A stretch of DNA of 64,000 bases. Source: Trichoplax adhaerens (taxonomy: Eukaryota; Animalia; Placozoa). Both the position numbers and the translations under genes were made by a program. Each line of letters opens with the position of its first letter. The stretch's first letter is position 1. Below are positions 40,201-51,930 of the stretch, piece by piece. The notes under the pieces are model-generated. The model searched no databases and was not told where the DNA came from. It saw only the letters and a list, made by a program, of their open reading frames with translations. The stretch lies in assembly GCF_000150275.1 (NCBI RefSeq), contig NW_002060943.1, positions 9,127,449-9,191,448 of the forward strand, given 5' to 3'.

Positions 40201-40459
40201 TTCTAGAGAATAACAAAACTCTACTAAAATTCGGTTTAACCTTTGGCTCTCCAGGCCCAAGGCAACTCGTGCATCAATACTTGTTAAGAAATAATGATTT
40301 CGGTAAGCCTAATGGAGTAAATAGTATCGTTTGAAAGCAACAACGATGAATTCGCTTAGATGCACTCACTACCCACTTCCAGAATGAAATGCTAAATTTC
40401 TCTTTTAATTTTATCTCAATCTAGCTCGAATCAGAAGAGTAGAAGAGGAGCAAGGTTAA
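37285..40459 (+). CDS. TMOD: Tropomodulin (actin pointed-end capping protein)
   Basis: N-terminal LTTEELKEL...DPE|DQLLPAGYRQPDQTEKELTGAFDRQHLLDY, KRGKVF and AEIADLA. LRR region EPDNDTDIDESIEMLRNNDPNLRVLNLNN, LNIESNHIS, LKLSNQ, NKTLLKFG and LLRNND. Ends RIRRVEEEQG* at 40457-40459. An upstream coding exon cannot be excluded (acceptor at 37267-37268). Confidence 0.95.
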
Positions 40460-40964
40460 CTATATCAGTTTGGTTTTTATACATTCGAATTTTTGACTGT
40501 AACCTCGGTTACTGTAACTGACAGTGATCTATAGAATCATAGATAGATTGCAGTTTACCCTATTTTTATTTTCTGTAAACGATTAAACCATCAATTTGAC
40601 ATATCTATACATCTATGCCGCTGAGTTTTATTTTTTAACATAGTTTACAATTTTGCCGAAGTACCTTCTCTTAGACGTGTATGCGCAGGATAATTCGTAA
40701 ACACTACCATATCGTAACTGGGTCTATAAATATTGGAACGTTTTATTTAATCTAACGTCTGCGTTATAAAATATGAATTCCTACGATATTCTAATGTAAC
40801 TGGTGTCTAGGAAGCTAATACTATCTGTAATTATAATAAATCATACTTTGTCAATTAAAAATGGTTTAGACGAAGGCATGATCAATCTGACTAGGAAAAC
40901 TGGAATAAAAAAACGCAACATTGCATCTTCATCTACGTAATTCAATCTACACTTTTTAGTATTT

Positions 40965-42484
40965 CTACGTCAATTTTTCATTCTTTTGACGATAAATTTC
41001 TTCGGTATATGGCCTGTATTTAATCGAAAGAAGACATTAATTATGCTATAGTGTAATGTAGTGTAGTACTGCTCATAAATTCTTCAAAATGCAGAAGGAC
41101 GTTACTTACTCTTCCAGTAGTAATCCTATCCAGTAGACCAAGTAAACAAATCCTGACATAATAATACCACATGGGCTAGCGGATCTAAAAGATAAATTAG
41201 CATTGCTATTACAGTAAATCAGCACTTGTCTTTACAGCTAATAGAGCAACAGCGGCTTAAAGAGTGATATGGATCAAGCATACAAACAAAAAATTTTTAA
41301 TGATTTTATAGGCTATGTATGTCTTTCTATTTACCGTAAAGCTAATCCCAGGAAATTTGAAGTTGACCCAATATACATTGGGTTATCAAAAATATTAAAT
41401 GGAAATGTTGTAACTCTCTCCTCCAGTAAGATTCCGAAATAATCACCTATATATATATATATATATATATAAATCAACAATTCTTTCAATTGTCGTTGGT
41501 ATAAAGTTTAGATTTTAGCTATCCAAATTTAACTATTCTTATTAATGAATTACTTTAAACTATAACTGTATAATCGTAATGATAGTAATACACTAAGAAT
41601 TCCAAATGAAAGTACAGTACGATGAACATTGAGCAATATAGTTCTCAGTGATTCAGCACTACAACGATAAAACTACTGCGGCTTAAAATATTGATTCATC
41701 AATGCGTCAATGATAGAATTATTGGTATATCGCGTTAATACGATATAATATAATAGCTAACCCAAGAAGGTTCCAGTAAATCCAAGCCTCCAATAGGACG
41801 TTAGTACTAAAATAGTACCAACTACCATTAGGGCAGTTCCAATAAATTTAAAACTTTCCTGATCCAAAAAGTCTGATTTCGGTTGAGCTTCAATTAGATC
41901 ATAAAACCTAAACAATAGCAAAATGTATCATATTTACAGTACTGTATATGGTACACGTTTGCATCAATTCATCCATAATTAATACAAATACAACTAATAT
42001 AATTTAAATTGAGACACTGATAGTATTAACACTGCCGCTTCTGTGGAATGAAAATTGGACCTCATCCAGAAAATTAAATTTACAAAATACTGAATTTTAA
42101 TGTCTTCAGCACATCACTATTTACCGATAGTCCCTATGAAAGCCTAACATTAATATAGTTAATCCAATAAAATAGCATCCAATATAATTTGAACCAAAAA
42201 TGCTCGTAAAAAACTTGGTTTTCATCTCCAAACGACCAATCTGATAAAATAATGTAATCAATGAAAGAAAAGATAAGGAAGAGCACCGCATCAGAAGTGA
42301 ATCGCGGGATCTTTTCAAAATTTAAAATGAACTGACTAGGAAAAGGTGATATGGTACTGTACTGTACTACAGTCTATTATTTTTTACTCACAACATTCCA
42401 ATAAAGAGGGCTCAATATGATAGTGCCCATGGCATATAACAAGCGCCAATCGTTAACGTCCATATAGCCATTTAAATTCTCCAT
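40965..42484 (-). CDS. PEMT: Phosphatidylethanolamine N-methyltransferase
   Basis: Six exons: [31 protein letters not shown]|IGRLEMKTK...|...[17 protein letters not shown]|[37 protein letters not shown]|SASPCG...LLLEE|[15 protein letters not shown]. These match the PEMT motifs GTFLGDYFGIL, FPFNxxDNPMYxGS and EEPxTxEIY. Confidence 0.95.
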
Positions 42485-44509
42485 TTGCGTCTACATGACA
42501 TAAAATAATATTACGTTGACTTTAGCTGTTTGCATGACCTAGCAATATTTCATTTAATTCTTTGCAATAAATCAGACGAGCCAATCTTTGCATACAGTAT
42601 ACGGCTAATAATTAAGTTATCCGTTTAATTAGAGAGATTAAGATTTCTATGGGTATTGCAATGTACTGTATAGAATCTGATTATTTTCGATGGCACTCTG
42701 TCGTTAAAAAATCAAAGTTGTATTCCGTTGAAATTCCTGTACAATATTTATATACAAGTATACCCGTAATTAGGCTACAACTACATACAGAATTTACCTA
42801 GTTATGGCTTCATTGAACTTCCATAATTTTATTTTTTCAGGGTGGCATAGAAATTAATCAGACTGTCGATGATACTGTGCAGTGTGGAATGTGCACAGTA
42901 CAGTGCAAGTATGTATACGAGCATACAGTATACTCGTGCATGCAGTAGCAGCAGTACAGTAATTATCGTTTGAGTATAACACGTATATAAACATATAAAG
43001 CGCAAAGAACGAATGAAACGAGAGTATAAACAGTTAAATGCATATCAAAATAAAGGATTTATTCAAAATTGTAAGTGTTTAGACATTGCAATTTCAACGC
43101 ATACTAGTATTAACTGTGACTTGAAAGGTTAGTGAACAATTACACTGTTTTTACCGCTAACGGTAGTCATTCAAGCAAGAGGTTTCAATAAAATTTGAAA
43201 TCTTGATTTCGCTATTACTATACAGTCTTGATACCACCAACTGTATTTATGTATTATATTTATTTTTTTAAGTTTTCAATAGCTCCGATAGTTGAAGATC
43301 GATCTGCAATGCAAATTCAGCATTCATTGCAGCATTGTAAAAATGCCGCTGCGTAATGCACCGTGGGCAGTAATGGTAATTTACAGTATACTACCTCGTC
43401 ACTGCGTCAGTTTGTCGATGTTGTATTCCTGCAATTTAAATTACTATGCATCTTGGATATGTGCTCAGGCAAGCGAAGATCACAAAGATTAGTCCAGTCA
43501 TTGTAGGTGCTATTAATATTAACAGTTGAATATAGATTATAGTACTCGTATACTGTAGCAATGACTGAGCTTGCTCAAGCTATTGATTAGTTTTCGTTTT
43601 AATGAACCCCCCAAAATGATACGATCCTATCTGGACTAATTGTCATTTTGATGGTCATCATCATCATCAAATGATGACGGCTATCCATGGTGTTGCTTTG
43701 TACGAGCAGTTTGTGCATTAATTTTTGCCTAGTCGATGGGTAAAGCAATCATCAGTCGATCAAGTTCGATCACAATTAAAGATGACTTGAGAAATAACGT
43801 TGAATGTTACTCCAATACCGAGAATGGCACATGATTGATTTGACGTTGTGAACATTCATCTCATGGTACAAAGCGTTGGCTGATACAGTACACTAAAATA
43901 CGACCATGATAAAATGCTCTACTTTAATGGCGTATTGTTACAATGAAAGGCTTTACCTTTTTAAGATTCAGCAATTGAAATGGTTGGCAGCAATCCAGTT
44001 GGACCGAGGTGCGTTTTAGATAGTCCTGTACTATTTCGAGCGACCTTTTCAACTCGAGCGGTGCTTTCGTCTACTGAATATTGTTGCAAGTTGTAACGTA
44101 CTGTACAGTTGCAGTGCCTCCACGAAAGGTCATCGGAAGCGCGACACGCCGAACCAAACGTGCAAACGTGGCAACTTTTACAATATTTATTTTAATATCA
44201 TTACTATTATTAATTAATTACTATTATTTTTTATTTCTATTCTACTGTATAGGATATACATATGTATTCTATTTGATTTTATTTCATTTTATTTTTCTAT
44301 TTTATCAGCTTGACATTGAGCCATCCAATGAAATTGCGTCTTCTTGCTCATTTAGCCAAGCTTTAAATCAGGTGTTCACCATTGTGCATAATTGACTGAT
44401 AGGAGGTAGTCAAAAATCTCTCTAGTTGAAGCTCAATCATCAAGGTCACGCTTCGTCTTCCAGATAGTGTCCACCAATGTTAGGAACACTGACATTTACA
44501 GTATATCGT

Positions 44510-45690
44510 ACTGTACAGTACTGCACAGAGCCACCAAGAACTTGCACTGTACACTGTACAATACCACGTGATCTTACCCATTGCAGATACAACCATTTTT
44601 GTATCAATTTGTACAAAATTGATCGCAAATGCATGGTTTTAATACTTTCGGTAAGTTCATGACGATTGGTCAGTACATTGTACTGTACTGCACAGAGCCA
44701 CCAAGAACTGTGCACTGTACACTGTACAATACCACGTGATCTTACACATTGCAGATACAACCATTTTTATATCAATTTGTACTGTACAAAATTGATCGCA
44801 AATGCATGGTTTTTTACTGTACTGTCGGTAAGTTCATGACGATTGGTCAGTACATTGTACTGTACTGCACAGAGCCACCAAGAACTGTGCACTGTACACT
44901 GTAAAATACTGTAGAACAATTTTTGCATCAATTTGTACAAAATTGATCGCAAATGCAACTGTCGGTAAGTTCATGACGATTGGTCAGTACATTGTACTGT
45001 ACTGCACAGAGCCACCAAGAACTGTGCACTGTACACTGTACAATACCACGTGATCTTACACATTGCAGATACAACCATTTTTGTATCAATTTGTACTGTA
45101 CAAAATTGATCGCAAATGCATGGTTTTTTACTGTACTGTCGGTAAGTTCATGACGATTGGTCAGTACATTGTACTGTACTGCACAGAGCCACCAAGAACT
45201 TGCACTGTACATTGTACAATACCACGTGATCTTACCCTTTGCAGATACAACCATTTTTGTATCAATTTGTACAAAATTGATCGCAAATGCATGGTTTTAA
45301 TACTGTCGGTAAGTTCATGACGATTGGTCAGTACATTGTACTGTCTGTACTGTACTGCACAGAGCCACCAAGAACTTGCACTGTACATTGTACAATACCA
45401 CGTGATCTTACACATTTGCAGATACAACCATTTTTGTATCAATTTGTACAAAATTGATCGCAAATGTATGATTTTAATTAGACCTGACTTTTAATACTGT
45501 CGGTAAGTTCATGACGATTGGTCAGTACGTACATTGTACTGTACTGCACAGAGCCATCAAGAACTGTGCACTGTACACTGTAAAATACCACGTGATCTTA
45601 CACATTGGAGATAGAACAATTTTTGCATCAATTTGTACAAATTGATCGCAAATGCATGGTTTTAATAGGTAAGTTCATAACGATTGGTCT
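44510..45690. repeat. Tandem repeat of ~7 copies, unit ~136-189 bp (mostly ~175 bp)
   Basis: GAGCCACCAAGAAC anchors lie at about 44528, 44696, 44873, 45009, 45186, 45362 and 45551. Units carry CCACGTGATC, ATTGATCGCAAATGCA and GACGATTGGTC. Confidence 0.97.
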
Positions 45691-45864
45691 TTTCAACCGT
45701 TTTACTTACAGTATAGAAGTTTTTACTAGTCAAGTATATCGAAGAAAATAGGATCACATGGTAACAGTACTGTCTTCTTCCTGTACTGTAGTCCAGTAGT
45801 CCATGATCCACTCCATTACGATGTTATACTGTACTGTACTAGTAGTCTAGCACACGAGTAGATC

Positions 45865-45900
45865 GCGCACGCGCACTGCCATCTGATGTTGCATAGCGAC
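45865..45900 (+). promoter_or_regulatory. Candidate NRF1-like site and RFX X-box upstream of TTC23-like gene
   Basis: GCGCACGCGCA at ~45865 and GTTGCATAGCGAC at 45888-45900, about 350 bp upstream of the predicted ATG. Confidence 0.45.
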
Positions 45901-46252
45901 CAGAATGAAATTGCCCATAGCTTTATCGGTGGCTTTATGATGCCAAATGATACAAGCTACTCAAGATTGCAATATTGCAGTGCGTATGTAAATATACACA
46001 CAACTACATTTAAATTGATGGCATCGTTGGTGTATCTATGAGACACTGGTATTATAAGTAAATTTGTACATTTCTGCCTACTACTACTGGAGTTTTATAT
46101 CATACTATATATTTCTCTCTTTTTTACTCAGAAGTTGTAATATTGCATAAAACTGTATTAAAGCTTGCAAGGGATAATATGTGTTTCTACGCTTATAGAT
46201 GTTAATTGATAGTGGAAATCAAGAGGAAATTAAACGTGTGACAAAAATTTAA

Positions 46253-49200
46253 ATGATGGAAGAGCGACGAGATGTAGGGAGTGACGAAAAGGCATATAAT
46301 ACCGAAGAAAAAAATGATGTAATACTGTTGCCATTTATCCCCAGAAAAGGAGGTGATAATACTCATATGATAGCAGTCAATATTTTTATCAGAACATAAT
46401 ACCAAAATATTCTTATTTTAAAATATGTAGTCCTAATCGTAGCATTAATGATCGTAACCAATGAATCGATGAGAACATGCTGATTAGATTCTAATTACAT
46501 GATTAAGAAATAGTCATAGCTTTGTTCGACATACCAAGCACTTCTACAATTTCCTCTTAGAAGTTTTTGGACATACCGTTAATTATATCACTAAACTCAA
46601 GTAGTTTTTAGGATTTACTAAATTCGTATTTTGGATCGATGAAATCTAGATAAATTCATAATACATTTTTAAATTTCCAACAATTTTCACAATACGCACT
46701 ATATTAATTATTAAAGCATTCAGGTATCAAATAACATTCAAAGAAATATTCATAATATGCAAAAAGATAACCTTAATATCAAATTAGAAAATATATGAGA
46801 TAGGCGAGAATTATATCTGATATCAAAGCTTACTGTAGTTTTTATTTATGTAGCTGCTTATAAGACAGAAAATACCAATTCGCTAAAACCTAGTGACGAA
46901 GCCATTGATCAGAAAAGTCAGAAAAAAGGTATCATCTAATGTAAAAATTAATGTTAACTATCTTGCATTAACTTGTAGAATCCGGAGCCAAGATCAATAA
47001 GCTCATAAATTGATAACATAAAACTTTTACTGACACTAGTGTAAACATTATTCAATTTTATCTATAAATACTAATTCCACTGAATTGATTTATAGTAAAG
47101 AAAGTGAATATGATACCACCCCTGGATTTGCTAATAGACTTGGAGCGGAAGATCTTACATAATTTGAAGGATAGAAAGGTTATTATAAGCGAAGAAAGAT
47201 TCAAAATATTAATTTTACGATTAGCGAAATTAAATCTGAAGTTTAACTGTAGCTAGAGAATTATATTCTATATCTTCATATTTCACTATTGGACAGGGTA
47301 TTATCATGAGCTCAATTCACTGAAATTGTATTGTAAATTTGTTGTAGAATGATACCTTAATAGACGATTTAGTCAGGTGTTGTGCACTAACAAGGATAAT
47401 ACATGGTGATGACAGCTATGAGCTTGCAGAGAATTACGTGCGATTAGCCCATGTATATTTGCAACTTAAAGGTACTATAACGAGATCATTTGTAACTATT
47501 TTATATGTGATAAGCCCGTAAAATTTTATTCTCTAGCCTGATCTTTTCTTGTTTTATATCGTTACTCTTCAATTCAAAGTTGACTGATTCGAACTAGCTA
47601 TTGTATACTTAATCCAGTTTAAAATTGAGATCTTATTTATCACTCTGCAGCAGCGTCTTTAATTAGCCCAGATTAAACTTTATTAATAGCGGTAAGTATC
47701 ATGTCTTGCTATTACAATTTAGTTTGATTTTAATATTAGGACTAGTGCAACAATCTATAATGCACGCGCAACGAGCAAATGATATCATTGTCCGTGGAAA
47801 ACAACTCGGTTTAAATTTCAATGATGATCGTAAATCGGTCCTACCCTTAACAATTGGAATCTACTACGTACTTGGAGTTGCATATTTACGTCGAAATAGA
47901 TATCTGTGAAAAGGAATGATAAAAAATTTTAAATTTAAAGTTACTTGTTAATATTTTCAATCGATTAGTAACAAAGTTATATTATATTGCAACATTCCGC
48001 CTGTTTCGTACTTTCCTTGATTTATTGATAACTATAAGGAAGCTAAGCTTGCTCTATTAAAAGCCGAAAGAGCCAATGGTGAATACAATAAACTAATAGA
48101 AGATAACGGCAGCGAATTCTGTGACGACATGGACATTAAGATCGCTAATACTTTAGGACGGTACGTAATTGTCATTGACTATAAGTACTATTTTAAATTC
48201 ATTTCTGTTACTTTTTTAAGAACGTAGCCAGTAATTTAATTAAAGCTGAAAATCATATTAATACCTACTTCTTTTATAACAGATTATGTGTGGCGCAAGG
48301 AAATGTAGGATTGGCTTTGGAATGTTATGAAAAGCTAGTCGATATGATCATTAAACTTAAAGGAGACGGCGCTGTCCAGCTTATTCCTATTTACTGGGAG
48401 ATTGGAAATATATCCTTAAGAGAAAACAATGTATTTGAACTTGTTCTCAAAAATATATATTGTTAATGAAAAATTTTCTTAACATGCGCCAAGCAGAGAA
48501 AATGCTCGCTAAGGGAAGTGGTAATATGAAAAAAGTGACAGAAGCTTATTTACAAGCTTATAACGTTGCTGTTGCACGGTAGGTTCTAAATTACTCAACT
48601 TTCCTTTACTTCTAAGATTTGATATTCTTTTTTACAGCATTTACGACTTACGATAATTACTTAGCAATTTGTATATAAATACCTTATAACTGTTTCAAAT
48701 ATTACAATTAGCAGATACATGTAAAGGCATTTAAAATTAGATAAATAATAATTATCTACGGGAATAAATATTATATGCTACCCCATACTCGTATGATTAA
48801 GTATGCGTTCTATAACGACGTAACCTGAAGACTAGTAGAAATTACTTATTAAGAATTTGAATACATATTTTACAAATATTTCTGTAGTTATCCAGCTAAA
48901 TCTCCTCAGATCGCCGACGCTTCTTATCGATTAGGGAAGGCATATCTATTGGAGAAGTCTACTGAATCAGAAAGTAACGTTCTAGAACTTTATTATCAAT
49001 TATTGTGGATCGCTTTAACAGCAATTATATAAGTTTAGATTTTAAGACATTAATACAATTCAGCTTTAGCAGATGAATATCTTCAGCGAAGTTATGAAAT
49101 TTATTCCAAACATGATGGATCAAGCTCGAACAAGTGCATAAAAATCCAGGTAATATTAGATCGTTGAATCTAATAATCGAATGATCAGCCTCTTTAAATA

Positions 49201-50240
49201 ATTGAGTATTAAGCATGAAATACAACTACAATTTATTGATAATTAAATTTTCTTCCGTTGTAGGATGATATATGTCAACTCCTAGTGAAAAAGACGAAAT
49301 ACGGGGTAACCTATTATTGAAATTACTAATCTATAAAAATCGAAAGCTATCGTACGTACATCAGCTAAGCTATCAACCGATCCTGCTTGTTCCTAGGAAG
49401 CGATTGTGAAATTGAGGCCCCTCGTCGAGACCAAGCGCAAAGCTTTCGGAGAAGATAGCATTGAGGTGAAAAAATAATTAATACTTTGTGATGTTTTTGC
49501 CATTTTTAAATATTAATATCATATTTCATGAAGCTTACAGTATACCCTAAGTTTCAGCTAATTTTTTACGTATACTGGCAGTAAAACTCTTCACATATTG
49601 CAGGTTCAAATTTAGCATGAGATAATCAAAAATATTATTTAAACACTTTTTAATATTGGACTTCATTAGGTAGCAAATTCATATAAACTACTTGGAATAG
49701 TAAATCTGTCTCAGGGTGAAATGTTAAAGGCAATTAAACCACTTACTAAGGTTTTGTTTAAACTTTAAAAATAATATTAAAATCATAAATATTATAGTAA
49801 GAGACTTTGGTAGGGATCAAGACTACCACTGCATTAAACGGTAACATAAAAGAATTAAAATTTCTTTAGTGTCTATATATATATCGAAATATCCTCGGAT
49901 CGACTCACAAAAAGACCGAAGAAGTCGAAAGTATGGTCGAGATGATTGCTAAGTAAGTTTATATTGGAACACTCTGTATTTAGCAGATAATTTTGCACAT
50001 CCTCAACATGAATATTATGTGTAGCTTGAATTATATTTGAAAAAATGTACAAATAGGTACAAAACAAATACAGTCTAGTGATTTTAATTATTGTCAAGCG
50101 CTCATACATGCGGGAACTGCTGGATATTTTATTTAAATTTGCCTATGTTTAGATCACCGATCGCACAAGCGAAAGGACTGAAATCAACCAAGAAGGACGT
50201 TTTAAAAGATAGACCTAGGTTTCAAAATATAGTAAAATAA
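46253..50240 (+). CDS. TTC23: Tetratricopeptide repeat protein 23-like (TTC23/TTC23L)
   Basis: LVRCCALTRIIHGDDSYELAENYVRLAHVYLQLKGLVQQSIMHAQRA closely resembles vertebrate TTC23 ([36 protein letters not shown], from memory). About 15 exons reconstructed in frame to KDRPRFQNIVK* (50238-50240). The first exon is less certain. Confidence 0.85.
47900..48031 (+). other. Candidate U12-type AT-AA intron (TTC23)
   Basis: AG|ATATCTGT 5' site, TTTCCTTGAT branch at 48012-48021 and ...GATAA|C end; restores RRNSYKEAK. Confidence 0.65.
48410..48492 (+). other. U12-type AT-AA intron (TTC23)
   Basis: Perfect ATATCCTT 5' site, TTTTCTTAAC branch at 48474-48483 and ...GCCAA|GCA end; restores EIGN|AEKML. Confidence 0.8.
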
Positions 50241-51930
50241 GAGATATTCGTTTTATCGAGCATAAATCGAATTGGAAATTTTGCAAACAATCACAAAACG
50301 CGTAGATCTCGATTTGCAATCTTTTGATATGGCCAAATTTTATTGCATTTTTAGCTAATTAAACATCTTGATTAGTTTTATGTAATGCATATATCAGCTA
50401 CAATTATAAATTTGACAACTAAGCTTATATTGTAATAAATTCGAATACGCACCTCCTTTCAATTTTAAATAAATAATAATAGTAGATAGTACTGTACATT
50501 CAGATCATCAATTCTAAAATAACGTATTTATGTTACTTTAGATTGCGTAATAATACATTTGTTAAGATGATTCCAGATCCGAATTCGCATGGAAAAATAT
50601 AAACGTAGTTGATATCCGATTATTAATTATTTTATGGAATTACTAGAACTAACAATAAGTTATTTAATTAGAATAAACTGCTAAAGTAAATAAATTTTAT
50701 TCGTTGTAAATAGATATACTTGCTATAGCAATCCGTTATCTGCTTAATAAATGAAATTGAATTACAGCTTGCAATTGCGATACATATCAGTGCTTCAGAT
50801 AATCGCATTGTATAATATCTATTTACAACTAAAACTGTAGACTTTCACCATTAGTGATACATTAATCGAAATAATTCTTAATTAAGGTAATAATTATATG
50901 CAAGCTATGATTTAAATGTTGTTGCCATATAATTATGACGAAGGCGCAATCATGGCTTTCTTAATTAACGATAATAATGGTAATGACAATGAGCGCAAAT
51001 GATATAGTTTAATAATGTTCGAGTATAATAACGTATGATAGATAAATTCGGGGATACGGGATGATCATTATTGCGTTAGCTGCATGTTTTACTTTTCAAA
51101 GTTTAGTGATACTACTGTGTCAAGTATTAATACTTAATTATATACATGTCATTGGCACTGCCGCAAAAATCCTGTGAGTATGCAAGATAAATATGTGATA
51201 CAGTATTCGTATGTACCATATTTTAAGATGGCAAGTTTACCGTAATTCACAACTGTGCATATATAGGTGTTAACTCCTACAAAAGTATTTTCTTATACAA
51301 AAATTTAAATATAATGTAAACCCTTATAATTCTTCTCGCGCAACTGTCACTGCACATAATTGCGGTAATACTGTATGAAATTTTAAATAGAATAACAACG
51401 ACTTTCACATCATCAAGAACTCGAAGTACAAGTCAAGAACAGCGATAAATAATCTCAATAGCTATTTGTGGCTAATCACAAATTAAAAATTAAACGAGAG
51501 GTTCTTGCATTTCATCGCTATCGCTTTCAATACAATTATCGACTTCTTGAGTCTGAATGATGCTATGATCTTTCTTTATTGGCTTCCATGGTAATTCATC
51601 TTTGCTGGAGTTTTCCTGGTATCTTAATCCATAAGTAATTCAGTGTATCAAAAAATATTCCGATTAAAATTTTATAATTCTCAAATGCCTCCTAGTTTAC
51701 AAAGCACTACAAGTAAGGTGCTCCTGAACATTTCGTAAGGTAATATAAGCAGGTATTTGCTGCCGTAGCAACAAGTGTCTTTTAAATAGATCGAAAGTAG
51801 ATTGACACAAGATGAGTTGTATTAGTTTTAGAAATTGTCAATTCATTGATTACGTTACAATATCATTATTATTATTTGGTAGAAAATTGATGGAAACTGA
51901 TCATACTACAAGGACTAAAGCAAGGATCTG

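Noticed and set aside
44510-45690. CRISPR-like array
   Set aside because: Whole units are repeated with no unique spacers, the context is eukaryotic, and there are no cas genes.
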